This document shows, in pieces, positions 28,362 to 42,610 of a stretch of 64,000 nucleotides of DNA (within the stretch, counting starts at the first letter, position 1; the number at the start of each line of letters is the position of its first letter). The stretch lies in NCBI RefSeq assembly GCF_009914755.1, contig NC_060948.1, one strand, 5' to 3'. The position numbers and the translations under genes are program-made. Origin of the DNA: the human T2T-CHM13v2.0 reference genome, Homo sapiens. The notes beneath the pieces are model-generated. The model made no database searches and was not told the DNA's origin. It saw nothing but the letters and a program-made list of their open reading frames with translations.

Positions 28362-31300
28362 GGACTAGAATGGAATGGATTCGAATGGAAGGCAAAGGAA
28401 TGGAATCTATTGCAATGGACTGTAATGGAATGGAATGGAAAGGATTGGAATGGACTCGAATGGAATGGACTGCAATAGAAAGGATTCGAATGGAATGAAA
28501 AAGAATTGAATGGAATAGAACAGAATGGAATCAAATCGAATGAAATGGAATGGAATAGAAAGGAATGGAATGAAATGGAATGGAAAGGATTCGAATGGAA
28601 TGCAATCGAATGGAATGGAATCGAACGGAATGGAATAAAATGGAAGAAAACTGGCAAGAAATGGAATCGAAATGAATGGAGTGTTACGGAACGGACTCAA
28701 AAGGAATTGAATGTAATAGAATGGAGTGGAGTGGACTCGAATATAATGGAATGGAATGGAATGAAATCACAAGGAATGGGAACGAATGGAATGGAATGGA
28801 AAGGAATGGAATCGAATGGAAAGGAATCGAATGGAAGGGAATGAAATTGAATCAACAGGAATGGAAGGGAATAGAATAGACGGTAATGGAATGGACTCGA
28901 ATAGAATGGACACGAATGCTGAAATTGAATGGACTCGAATGGAATGGAAACGAAAGGAATGTCATCGAATGGAATTGAATGGATTGGAATGAAATCGCAT
29001 AGAATGGAGTGGAATCAAATGGAATTGAATCGAAAGGAAAGGAAGCGAATGGACTGAAATGAAATGGAATGGAATTGAATGGAAAGTAATGCAATGGAAT
29101 AGAATGGAACGAAATTTCACGGAATGGAATCAAACTGAATGGAATCAAATCAATGGAATCAAATCAAATGGAATGGAAAGGAATTGAATGGAGTAGATTG
29201 GATTGGATGGGATTGGAATGAAATGTACTGGAAAGGACTCGAATTTCATGAAACGGAATGGAATGAATTGGAACGGAATGGACTCGAATGGAATGGAATG
29301 TCATGGAATGGCATCAAATGGAATGGCATCAAATGGAATGGAATCGAATGCAATGGAATGCTATGGAATGGAATGGAATGCATTGGAATGGAATGTCCTC
29401 TAATGGAATGGATTCGAGTGGAATGGAATCGAATATAATGGAGTCGAATGAAATGGAATTGAAAGGAGTGGGATCGAATACAATGGAATATACTGGAATG
29501 TAATGTAATGAACTCGAATGTAATTGACTGGAATGGAATGTACATGAATGGAATGTAATCGAATGGAAAGTAATCCAATGGAATAGAATCTAATGCAATA
29601 AAACCGACTCAGATAGAGTAGAATGTAATGGAATGGAGTGCAGTGCAATGGAATGGAATGGAATGGAAGGCAATGGAATGGAATGGAATGGAATGGAATG
29701 GAATGGAATGGAATGGAATGGAATGGGATGGAATGGGATGGAATGGATAGTAATGGACTGGAGTGAAATGGACTGGAAAGGAATGGACTCAAATTGAAAG
29801 GGCTCGAAAGGAATGGAGTCAAATGGAATGGTCTGGAATGGAATGAACACGAATGTAATGCAATCCAATAGAATGGAATCGAATGGCATGGAATATAAAG
29901 AAATGGAATCGAAGAGAATGGAAACAAATGGAATGGAATTGAATGGAATGGAATTGAATGGAATGGGAACGAATGGAGTGAAATTGTATGCAGTAGAAGG
30001 GAATAGAATGGAATGCAAGCGAAAGGAAAGGAATGGATTGGAATGGAATGGAATTCATTGGAATGGAAGGGAATGTAGTGTAATGGACAGGCCTGGAATA
30101 AAGTGGAATGCTACGGTCTCGAATGGAATAAAAATGTATGGAATGGAATGCAATGAAACGGAATCGAATGTCATAGAATGTAATGGAATGCAAAAAAATG
30201 GAATCCAAAATCATTGACTGGAAAGGCTGGGTGTCGAAAGGAATTGACTCCAATGGAATGGAATCGAATGGAATGGAAGTGAATAGAATCGAACTAAATC
30301 GAATGGAATGGAATTGATAGGAACGGAATGGAAAGGAATGCAATGATTTGGCATGGAATGGAATCGAATGGCATCGAATGGAATGGAATGGAATGCAATG
30401 GAATGGAATGTATTAGAATGTAATGAACTTTAATGGAATGTACTCGAATGGATTCGACTGGAATGGAATGTTCTGGAAGTGAATGGACTCCAATGGAATG
30501 GATTCAAAAGGAATGGAATCGTACGGAATGGAATCTAATGGAATGGAATTAAATGGAAATGAATCAAATTGAATAGCACGGAATTGAATTGAATGGAATG
30601 GAATGCAATGGAATCTAATGAAACGGAAAGGAAAGGAATGGAATGGAATGGAAAGGGCTGGAATGGAAAGGAATCGAAACGAATGGAATGGAATCGAACT
30701 GAAGAGACTGGAATGGAATGCACTGGAATGGAAGGGAGTGTAATGGAAGGTTCTCGAAAAAAATGGAATCGAATGGAATGGAATTGAATGGAACGGAATA
30801 GAGTCGAATGGAATTGAATGGAATGGAATGGACTAGAGTGAAATGGAATCGAACCACAAGGAATGGACAGGAATAGAATGGTCTCGAATTGAATGGAATC
30901 GTATGGAATGGCATCAAACGGAATGGAATGGACAGCCACGGAATGGAATGCACTCGAATGCAATGGAGTCGAAACTAATGGACTGGAATAGAATGGACTC
31001 GACTGGTACGGACTCCAATGGAATGGAATCGAATGGAAGGGAATCGAACGGAATGGACTCGAAGGGAAAAGACTGCAATGGAAAGGTCTCGAATGGAATG
31101 GAAATTAATGGAATGGAATGGAATCGAATGAAATGGAGTCAAAAGGAATGGAATCGAATGGCAAGAAATCGAATGTAATGGAATCGCAAGGAATTGATGT
31201 GAACGGAACGGAATGGAATGGAATCCAAAGGAATGGAATAGAATGGAATGGAATCGAATGGAAAGGACTCGAATGGAAATCACTCGAATAGAATGCAATT

Positions 31301-31945
31301 TAATAAAATAGGATCAAATGTAATGGAATGGAATGGAAAGGAATCGAAACGAAAGGAATGGAGACAGATGGAATGGAATGGAACAGAGAGCAATGGTATA
31401 GAATGGAATGGAATCATCTGGAATGGAATTGAATGGAATGGAATAATATGAAATGGAATGGAATGGAATGGAATGGAATGGAATGGAATGCCCTTGAATT
31501 AAATGGACTGGAATGGAATGGACTCGAACAGAGTGGAATGGAAAGTGTTGAGATAGAATGCAATGGACTCCTTCGGAATGGTCTAGTATGCAATGCAATC
31601 GACTGGCAGGGAATCAAAAGGAATGTAATCGAATGGATTGGACTGGAATGCAGTGGACTCGAATAGATTGGAAACGGAATGCAAAGGAATGGAATGGAAT
31701 AGTATGGAATGGAATGGAAAGGAATGGAGTGGAATAGACTAGAGTGGAATGGAATGGACTGGAAAGCAATGGACTGGAATGGAACTTTCTTGAATGGACT
31801 GGAATCAAACGGAATGGAATGCAATGCAATCAAATGGCATGGAATAAAATAGAATGAAAGAGAATCAAATGGAATTGAATCGAATGGAATCGAATGGATT
31901 GGAAAGGAATAGAATGGAATGGAATGGAATTGACTCAAATGGAAT
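28362..31945 (+). repeat. DYZ1 unit U9 (3584 bp), haplotype B
   Basis: Landmark recurrence; GGCC at 30090; AAATCACAAGG and GAATGGATTGG markers. Confidence 0.9.
29675..29724 (+). repeat. Pure (GGAAT)10 tract, hypervariable site 1 (example in U9)
   Basis: Perfect pentamer run after GCAAT about 1.3 kb into each unit; copy number differs between units. Confidence 0.85.
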
Positions 31946-34900
31946 GGACTAGAATGGAATGGATTCGAATGGAAGGCAAAGGAATGGAATCTATTGGAAT
32001 GGACTGTAATGGAATGGAATGGAAGGGATTGGAATGGACTCGAATGGAATGGACTGCAATAGAAAGGATTCGAATGGAATGAAAAAGAATTGAATGGAAT
32101 AGAACAGAATGGAATCAAATCGAATGAAATGGAATGGAATAGAAAGGAATGGAATGAAATGGAATGGAAAGGATTCGAATGGAATGCAATCGAATGGAAT
32201 GGAATCGAACGGAATGGAATAAAATGGAAGAAAACTGGCAAGAAATGGAATCGAAATGAATGGAGTGTTATGGAACGGACTCAAAAGGAATTGAATGTAA
32301 TAGAATGGAGTGGAGTGGACTCGAATATAATGGACTGGAATGGAATGAAATCACATGGAATGGGAACGAATGGAATGGAATGGAAAGGAATGGAATCGAA
32401 TGGAAAGGAATCGAATGGAAGGGAATGAAATTGAATCAACAGGAATGGAAGGGAATAGAATAGACGGTAATGGAATGGACTCGAATAGAATGGACACGAA
32501 TGCTCAAATTGAATGGACTCCAATGGAATGGAAACGAAAGGAATGTCATCGAATAGAATTGAATCGATTGGAATGAAATCGCAAGAATGGAGTGGAATCA
32601 AATGGAATTGAATCGAAAGGAAAGGAAGCGAATGGACTGAAATGAAATGGAATGGAATTGAATGGAAAGTAATGCAATGGAATAGAATGGAACGAAATTT
32701 CACGGAATGGAATCAAACTGAAAGGAATCAAATCAATGGAATCTAATCAAATGGAATGGAAGGGAATTGAATGGAGTAGATTGGATTGGATGGGATTGGA
32801 GTGAAATGTACTGGAAAGGACTCGAATTTCATGAAACGGAATGGAATGAATTGGAACGGAATGGACTCGAATGGAATGGAATGTCATGGAATGGCATCAA
32901 ATGGAATGGCATCAAATGGAATGGAATCGAATGCAATGGAATGCTATGGAATGGAATGGAATGCATTGGAATGGAATGTCCTCTAATGGAATGGATTCGA
33001 GTGGAATGGAATCGAATATAATGGAGTCGAATGAAATGGAATTGAAAGGAGTGGGATCGAATACAATGGAATATGCTGGAATGTAATGTAATGAACTCGA
33101 ATGTAATTGACTGGAATGGAATGTACATGAATGGAATGTAATCGAATGGAAAGTAATCCAATGGAATAGAATCTAATGCAATAAAATCGACTCAGATAGA
33201 GTAGAATGTAATGGAATGGAGTGCAGTACAATGGAATGGAATGGAATGCAATGGAATGGAATGGAATGGAATGGAATGGAATGGAATGGGATGGAATGGG
33301 ATGGAATGGTATGGAATGGATAGTAATGGACTGGAGTGAAATGGACTGGAAAGGAATGGACTCAAATTGAAAGGGCTCGAAAGGAATGGAGTCAAATGGA
33401 ATGGTCTGGAATGGAATGAACACGAATGTAATGCAATCCAATAGAATGGAATCGAATGGCATGGAATATAAAGAAATGGAATCGAAGAGAATGGAAACAA
33501 ATGGAATGGAATTGAATGGAATGGAATTGAATGGAATGCGAACGAATGGAGTGAAATTGTATGCAGTAGAAGGGAATAGAATGGAATGCAAGCGAAAGGA
33601 AAGGAATGGATTGGAATGGAATGGAATTCATTGGAATGGAAGGGAATGTAGTGTAGTGGACAGGCCTGGAATAAAGTGGAATGCTACGGTCTCGAATGGA
33701 ATAAAAATGTATGGAATGGAATGCAATGAAACGGAATCGAATGTCATAGAATGTAATGGAATGCAAAAAAATGGAATCCAAAATCATTGACTGGAAAGGC
33801 TGGGTGTCGAAAGGAATTGACTCCAATGGAATGGAATCGAATGGAATGGAAGTGAATAGAATCGAACTAAATCGAATGGAATGGAATTGATAGGAACGGA
33901 ATGGAAAGGAATGCAATGAATTGGCATGGAATGGAATCGAATGGCATCGAATGGAATGGAATGGAATGCAATGGAATGGAATGTATTAGAATGTAATGAA
34001 CTTTAATGGAATGTACTCGAATGGATTCGACTGGAATGGAATGTTCTGGAAGTGAATGGACTCCAATGGAATGGATTCAAAAGGAATGGAATCGTACGGA
34101 ATGGAATCTAATGGAATGGAATTAAATGGAAATGAATCAAATTGAATAGCACGGAATTGAATTGAATGGAATGGAATGCAATGGAATCTAATGAAACGGA
34201 AAGGAAAGGAATGGAATGGAATGGAATGGGCTGGAATGGAAAGGAATCGAAACGAATGGAATGGAATCGAACTGAAGAGACTGGAATGGAATGCACTGGA
34301 ATGGAAGAGAGTGTAATGGAAGGTTCTCGAAAAAAATGGAATCGAATGGAATGGAATTGAATGGAACGGAATAGAGTCGAATGGAATTGAATGGAATGGA
34401 ATGGACTAGAGTGAAATGGAATCGAACCACAAGGAATGGACAGGAATAGAATGGTCTCGAATTGAATGGAATCGTATGGAATGGCATCAAACGGAATGGA
34501 ATGGACAGCCACGGAATGGAATGCACTCGAATGCAATGGAGTCGAAACTAATGGACTGGAATAGAATGGACTCGACTGGTACGGACTCCAATGGAATGGA
34601 ATCGAATGGAAGGGAATCGAACGGAATGGACTCGAAGGGAAAAGACTGCAATGGAAAGGTCTCGAATGGAATGGAAATTAATGGAATGGAATGGAATCGA
34701 ATGAAATGGAGTCAAAAGGAATGGAATCGAATGGCAAGAAATCGAATGTAATGGAATCACAAGGAATTGATGTGAACGGAACGGAATGGAATGGAATCCA
34801 AAGGAATGGAATAGAATGGAATGGAATCGAATGGAAAGGACTCGAATGGAAATCACTCGAATAGAATGCAATTTAATAAAATAGGATCAAATGTAATGGA

Positions 34901-35493
34901 ATGGAATGGAAAGGAATCGAAACGAAAGGAATGGAGACAGATGGAATGGAATGGAACAGAGAGCAATGGTATAGAATGGAATGGAATCATCTGGAATGGA
35001 ATTGAATGGAATGGAATAATATGAAATGGAATGGAATGGAATGGAATGGAATGCCCTTGAATTAAATGGACTGGAATGGAATGGACTCGAACAGAGTGGA
35101 ATGGAAAGTGTTGAGATAGAATGGAATGGACTCCTTTGGAATGGTGTAGTATGCAATGCAATCGACTGGCAGGGAATCAAAAGGAATGTAATGGAATGGA
35201 TTGGACTGGAATGCAATGGACTCGAATAGATTGGAAACGGAATGCAAAGGAATGGAATGGAATAGTATGGAATGGAATGGAAAGGAATGGAGTGGAATAG
35301 ACTAGAGTGGAATGGAATGGACTGGAAAGCAATGGACTGGAATGGAACTTTCTTGAATGGACTGGAATCAAACGGAATGGAATGCAATGCAATCAAATGG
35401 CATGGAATAAAATAGAATGAAAGAGAATCAAATGGAATTGAATCGAATGGAATCGAATGGATTGGAAAGGAATAGAATGGAATGGAATGGAAT
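31946..35493 (+). repeat. DYZ1 unit U10 (3548 bp), haplotype A
   Basis: Landmark recurrence; GGCC at 33663; TCGCAAGAAT 1-bp deletion at ~32583; 15-bp deletion near 35485. Confidence 0.9.
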
Positions 35494-38400
35494 GGACTAG
35501 AATGGAATGGATTCGAATGGAAGGCAAAGGAATGGAATCTATTGGAATGGACTGTAATGGAATGGAATGGAAGGGATTGGAATGGACTCGAATGGAATGG
35601 ACTGCAATAGAAAGGATTCGAATGGAATGAAAAAGAATTGAATGGAATAGAACAGAATGGAATCAAATCGAATGAAATGGAATGGAATAGAAAGGAATGG
35701 AATGAAATGGAATGGAAAGGATTCGAATGGAATGCAATCGAATGGAATGGAATCGAACGGAATGGAATAAAATGGAAGAAAACTGGCAAGAAATGGAATC
35801 GAAATGAATGGAGTGTTATGGAACGGACTCAAAAGGAATTGAATGTAATAGAATGGAGTGGAGTGGACTCGAATATAATGGACTGGAATGGAATGAAATC
35901 ACAAGGAATGGGAACGAATGGAATGGAATGGAAAGGAATGGAATCGAATGGAAAGGAATCGAATGGAAGGGAATGAAATTGAATCAACAGGAATGGAAGG
36001 GAATAGAATAGACGGTAATGGAATGGACTCGAATAGAATGGACACGAATGCTCAAATTGAATGGACTCGAATGGAATGGAAACGAAAGGAATGTCATCGA
36101 ATGGAATTGAATGGATTGGAATGAAATCGCATAGAATGGAGTGGAATCAAATGGAATTGAATCGAAAGGAAAGGAAGCGAATGGACTGAAATGAAATGGA
36201 ATGGAATTGAATGGAAAGTAATGCAATGGAATAGAATGGAACGAAATTTCACGGAATGGAATCAAACTGAATGGAATCAAATCAATGGAATCAAATCAAA
36301 TGGAATGGAAAGGAATTGAATGGAGTAGATTGGATTGGATGGGATTGGAATGAAATGTACTGGAAAGGACTCGAATTTCATGAAACGGAATGGAATGAAT
36401 TGGAACGGAATGGACTCGAATGGAATGGAATGTCATGGAATGGCATCAAATGGAATGGCATCAAATGGAATGGAATCGAATGCAATGGAATGCTATGGAA
36501 TGGAATGGAATGCATTGGAATGGAATGTCCTCTAATGGAATGGATTCGAGTGGAATGGAATCGAATATAATGGAGTCGAATGAAATGGAATTGAAAGGAA
36601 TGGGATCGAATACAATGGAATATACTGGAATGTAATGTAATGAACTCGAATGTAATTGACTGGAATGGAATGTACATGAATGGAATGTAATCGAATGGAA
36701 AGTAATCCAATGGAATTGAATCTAATGCAATAAAATCGACTCAGATAGAGTAGAATGTAATGGAATGGAGTGCAGTGCAATGGAATGGAATGGAATGGAA
36801 TGCAATGGAATGGAATGGAATGGAATGGAATGGAATGGGATGGAATGGGATGGAATGGTATGGAATGGATAGTAATGGACTGGAGTGAAATGGACTGGAA
36901 AGGAATGGACTCAAATTGAAAGGGCTCGAAAGGAATGGAGTCAAATGGAATGGTCTGGAATGGAATGAACACGAATGTAATGCAATCCAATAGAATGGAA
37001 TCGAATGGCATGGAATATAAAGAAATGGAATCGAAGAGAATGGAAACAAATGGAATGGAATTGAATGGAATGGAATTGAATGGAATGGGAACGAATGGAG
37101 TGAAATTGTATGCAGTAGAAGGGAATAGAATGGAATGCAAGCGAAAGGAAAGGAATGGATTGGAATGGAATGGAATTCATTGGAATGGAAGGGAATGTAG
37201 TGTAATGGACAGGCCAGGAATAAAGTGGAATGCTACGGTCTCGAATGGAATAAAAATATATGGAATGGAATGCAATGAAACGGAATCGAATGTCATAGAA
37301 TGTAATGGAATGCAAAAAAATGGAATCCAAAATCATTGACTGGAAAGGCTGGGTGTCGAAAGGAATTGACTCCAATGGAATGGAATCGAATGGAATGGAA
37401 GTGAATAGAATCGAACTAAATCGAATGGAATGGAATTGATAGGAACGGAATGGAAAGGAATGCAATGATTTGGCACGGAATGGAATCGAATGGCATCGAA
37501 TGGAATGGAATGGAATGCAATGGAATGGAATGCATTAGAATGTAATGAACTTTAATGGAATGTACTCGAATGGATTCGACTGGAATGGAATGTTCTGGAA
37601 GTGAATGGACTCCAATGGAATGGATTCAAAAGGAATGGAATCGTACGGAATGGAATCTAATGGAATGGAATTAAATGGAAATGAATCAAATTGAATAGCA
37701 CGGAATTGAATTGAATGGAATGGAATGCAATGGAATCTAATGAAACGGAAAGGAAAGGAATGGAATGGAATGGAATGGGCTGGAATGGAAAGGAATCGAA
37801 ACGAATGGAATGGAATCGAACTGAAGAGACTGGAATGGAATGCACTGGAATGGAAGGGAGTGTAATGGAAGGTTCTCGAAAAAAATGGAATCGAATGGAA
37901 TGGAATTGAATGGAACGGAATAGAGTCGAATGGAATTGAATGGAATGGAATGGACTAGAGTGAAATGGAATCGAACCACAAGGAATGGACAGGAATAGAA
38001 TGGTCTCGAATTGAATGGAATCGTATGGAATGGCATCAAACGGAATGGAATGGACAGCCACGGAATGGAATGCACTCGAATGCAATGGAGTCGAAACTAA
38101 TGGACTGGAATAGAATGGACTCGACTGGTACGGACTCCAATGGAATGGAATCGAATGGAAGGGAATCGAACGGAATGGACTCGAAGGGAAAAGACTGCAA
38201 TGGAAAGGTCTCGAATGGAATGGAAATTAATGGAATGGAATGGAATCGAATGAAATGGAGTCAAAAGGAATGGAATCGAATGGCAAGAAATCGAATGTAA
38301 TGGAATCGCAAGGAATTGATGTGAGCGGAACGGAATGGAATGGAATCCAAAGGAATGGAATAGAATGGAATGGAATCGAATGGAAAGGACTTGAATGGAA

Positions 38401-39057
38401 ATCACTCGAATAGAATGCAATTTAATAAAATAGGATCAAATGTAATGGAATGGAATGGAAAGGAATCGAAACGAAAGGAATGGAGACAAATGGAATGGAA
38501 TGGAACAGAGAGCAATGGTATAGAATGGAATGGAATCATCTGGAATGGAATTGAATGGAATGGAATAATATGAAATGGAATGGAATGGAATGGAATGGAA
38601 TGCCCTTGAATTAAATGGACTGGAATGGAATGGACTCGAACAGAGTGGAATGGAAAGTGTTGAGATAGAATGGAATGGACTCCTTTGGAATGGTGTAGTA
38701 TGCAATGCAATCGACTGGCAGGGAATCAAAAGGAATGTAATGGAAGGGATTGGACTGGAATGCAATGGACTCGAATAGATTGGAAACGGAATGCAAAGGA
38801 ATGGAATGGAATAGTATGGAATGGAATGGAAAGGAATGGAGTGGAATAGACTAGAGTGGAATGGAATGGACTGGAAAGCAATGGACTGGAATGGAACTTT
38901 CTTGAATGGACTGGAATCAAACGGAATGGAATGCAATGCAATCAAATGGCATGGAATAAAATAGAATGAAAGAGAATCAAATGGAATTGAATCGAATGGA
39001 ATCGAATGGATTGGAAAGGAATAGAATGGAATGGAATGGAATTGACTCGAATGGAAT
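35494..39057 (+). repeat. DYZ1 unit U11 (3564 bp), haplotype B
   Basis: Landmark recurrence; AGGCCAGG at 37211 (HaeIII kept, StuI lost). Confidence 0.9.
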
Positions 39058-42000
39058 GGACTAGAATGGAATGGATTCGAATGGAAGGCAAAGGAATGGA
39101 ATCTATTGGAATGGACTGTAATGGAATGGAATGGAAGGGATTGGAATGGACTCGAATGGAATGGACTGCAATAGAAAGGATTCGAATGGAATGAAAAAGA
39201 ATTGAATGGAATAGAACAGAATGGAATCAAATCGAATGAAATGGAATGGAATAGAAAGGAATGGAAGGAAATGGAATGGAAAGGATTCGAATGGAATGCA
39301 ATCGAATGGAATGGAATCGAACGGAATGGAATAAAATGGAAGAAAACTGGCAAGAAATGGAATCGAAATGAATGGAGTGTTATGGAACGGACTCAAAAGG
39401 AATTGAATGTAATAGAATGGAGTGGAGTGGACTCGAATATAATGGACTGGAATGGAATGAAATCACATGGAATGGGAACGAATGGAATGGAATGGAAAGG
39501 AATGGAATCGAATGGAAAGGAATCGAATGGAAGGGAATGAAATTGAATCAACAGGAATGGAAGGGAATAGAATAGACGGTAATGGAATGGACTCGAATAG
39601 AATGGACACGAATGCTCAAATTGAATGGACTCCAATGGAATGGAAACGAAAGGAATGTCATCGAATAGAATTGAATCGACTGGAATGAAATCGCAAGAAT
39701 GGAGTGGAATCAAATGGAATTGAATCGAAAGGAAAGGAAGCGAATGGACTGAAATGAAATGGAATGGAATTGAATGGAAAGTAATGCAATGGAATAGAAT
39801 GGAACGAAATTTCACGGAATGGAATCAAACTGAAAGGAATCAAATCAATGGAATCTAATCAAATGGAATGGAAGGGAATTGAATGGAGTAGATTGGATTG
39901 GATGGGATTGGAGTGAAATGTACTGGAAAGGACTCGAATTTCATGAAACGGAATGGAATGAATTGGAACGGAATGGACTCGAATGGAATGGAATGTCATG
40001 GAATGGCATCAAATGGAATGGCATCAAATGGAATGGAATCGAATGCAATGGAATGCTATGGAATGGAATGGAATGCATTGGAATGGAATGTCCTCTAATG
40101 GAATGGATTCGAGTGGAATGGAATCGAATATAATGGAGTCGAATGAAATGGAATTGAAAGGAATGGGATCGAATACAATGGAATATGCTGGAATGTAATG
40201 TAATGAACTCGAATGTAATTGACTGGAATGGAATGTACATGAATGGAATGTAATCGAATGGAAAGTAATCCAATGGAATAGAATCTAATGCAATAAAATC
40301 GACTCAGATAGAGTAGAATGTAATGGAATGGAGTGCAGTACAATGGAATGGAATGGAATGCAATGGAATGGAATGGAATGGAATGGAATGGAATGGAATG
40401 GAATGGGATGGAATGGGATGGAATGGTATGGAGTGGATAGTAATGGACTGGAGTGAAATGGACTGGAAAGGAATGGACTCAAATTGAAAGGGCTCGAAAG
40501 GAATGGAGTCAAATGGAATGGTCTGGAATGGAATGAACACGAATGTAATGCAATCCAATAGAATGGAATCGAATGGCATGGAATATAAAGAAATGGAATC
40601 GAAGAGAATGGAAACAAATGGAATGGAATTGAATGGAATGGAATTGAATGGAATGGGAACGAATGGAGTGAAATTGTATGCAGTAGAAGGGAATAGAATG
40701 GAATGCAAGCGAAAGGAAAGGAATGGATTGGAATGGAATGGAATTCATTGGAATGGAAGGGAATGTAGTGTAATGGACAGGCCTGGAATAAAGTGGAATG
40801 CTACGGTCTCGAATGGAATAAAAATGTATGGAATGGAATGCAATGAAACGGAATCGAATGTCATAGAATGTAATGGAATGCAAAAAAATGGAATCCAAAA
40901 TCATTGACTGGAAAGGCTGGGTGTCGAAAGGAATTGACTCCAATGATATGGAATCGAATGGAATGGAAGTGAATAGAATCGAACTAAATCGAATGGAATG
41001 GAATTGATAGGAACGGAAGGGAAAGGAATGCAATGAATTGGCATGGAATGGAATCGAATGGCATCGAATGGAATGGAATGGAATGCAATGGAATGGAATG
41101 TATTAGAATGTAATGAACTTTAATGGAATGTACTCGAATGGATTCGACTGGAATGGAATGTTCTGGAAGTGAATGGACTCCAATGGAATGGATTCAAAAG
41201 GAATGGAATCGTACGGAATGGAATCTAATGGAATGGAATTAAATGGAAATGAATCAAATTGAATAGCACGGAATTGAATTGAATGGAATGGAATGCAATG
41301 GAATCTAATGAAACGGAAAGGAAAGGAATGGAATGGAATGGAAAGGGCTGGAATGGAAAGGAATCGAAACGAATGAAATGGAATCGAACTGAAGAGACTG
41401 GAATGGAATGCACTGGAATGGAAGGGAGTGTAATGGAAGGTTCTCGAAAAAAATGGAATCGAATGGAATGGAATTGAATGGAACGGAATAGAGTCGAATG
41501 GAATTGAATGGAATGGAATGGACTAGAGTGAAATGGAATCGAACCACAAGGAATGGACAGGAATAGAATGGTCTCGAATTGAATGGAATCGTATGGAATG
41601 GCATCAAACGGAATGGAATGGACAGCCACGGAATGGAATGCACTCGAATGCAATGGAGTCGAAACTAATGGACTGGAATAGAATGGACTCGACTGGTACG
41701 GACTCCAATGGAATGGAATCGAATGGAAGGGAATCGAACGGAATGGACTCGAAGGGAAAAGACTGCAATGGAAAGGTCTCGAATGGAATGGAAATTAATG
41801 GAATGGAATGGAATCGAATGAAATGGAGTCAAAAGGAATGGAATCGAATGGCAAGAAATCGAATGTAATGGAATCGCAAGGAATTGATGTGAATGGAGCG
41901 GAATGGAATGGAATCCAAAGGAATGGAATCGAATGGAAAGGACTCGAATGGAAATCACTCGAATAGAATGCAATTTAATAAAATAGGATCAAATGTAATG

Positions 42001-42610
42001 GAATGGAATGGAAAGGAATCGAAACGAAAGGAATGGAGACAGATGGAATGGAATGGAACAGAGAGCAATGGTATAGAATGGAATGGAATCATCTGGAATG
42101 GAATTGAATGGAATGGAATAATATGAAATGGAATGGAATGGAATGGAATGGAATGCCCTTGAATTAAATGGACTGGAATGGAATGGACTCGAACAGAGTG
42201 GAATGGAAAGTGTTGAGATAGAATGGAATGGACTCCTTTGGAATGGTGTAGTATGCAATGCAATCGACTGGCAGGGAATCAAAAGGAATGTAATGGAATG
42301 GATTGGACTGGAATGCAATGGACTCGAATAGATTGGAAACGGAATGCAAAGGAATGGAATGGAATAGTATGGAATGGAATGGAAAGGAATGGAGTGGAAT
42401 AGACTAGAGTGGAATGGAATGGACTGGAAAGCAATGGACTGGAATGGAACTTTCTTGAATGGACTGGAATCAAACGGAATGGAATGCAATGCAATCAAAT
42501 GGCATGGAATAAAATAGAATGAAAGAGAATCAAATGGAATTGAATCGAATGGAATCGAATGGATTGGAAAGGAATAGAATGGAATGGAATGGAATTGACT
42601 CGAATGGAAT
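39058..42610 (+). repeat. DYZ1 unit U12 (3553 bp), haplotype A
   Basis: Landmark recurrence; GGCC at 40780; TCGCAAGAAT at 39691; CAATGATATG at 40941. Confidence 0.9.
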
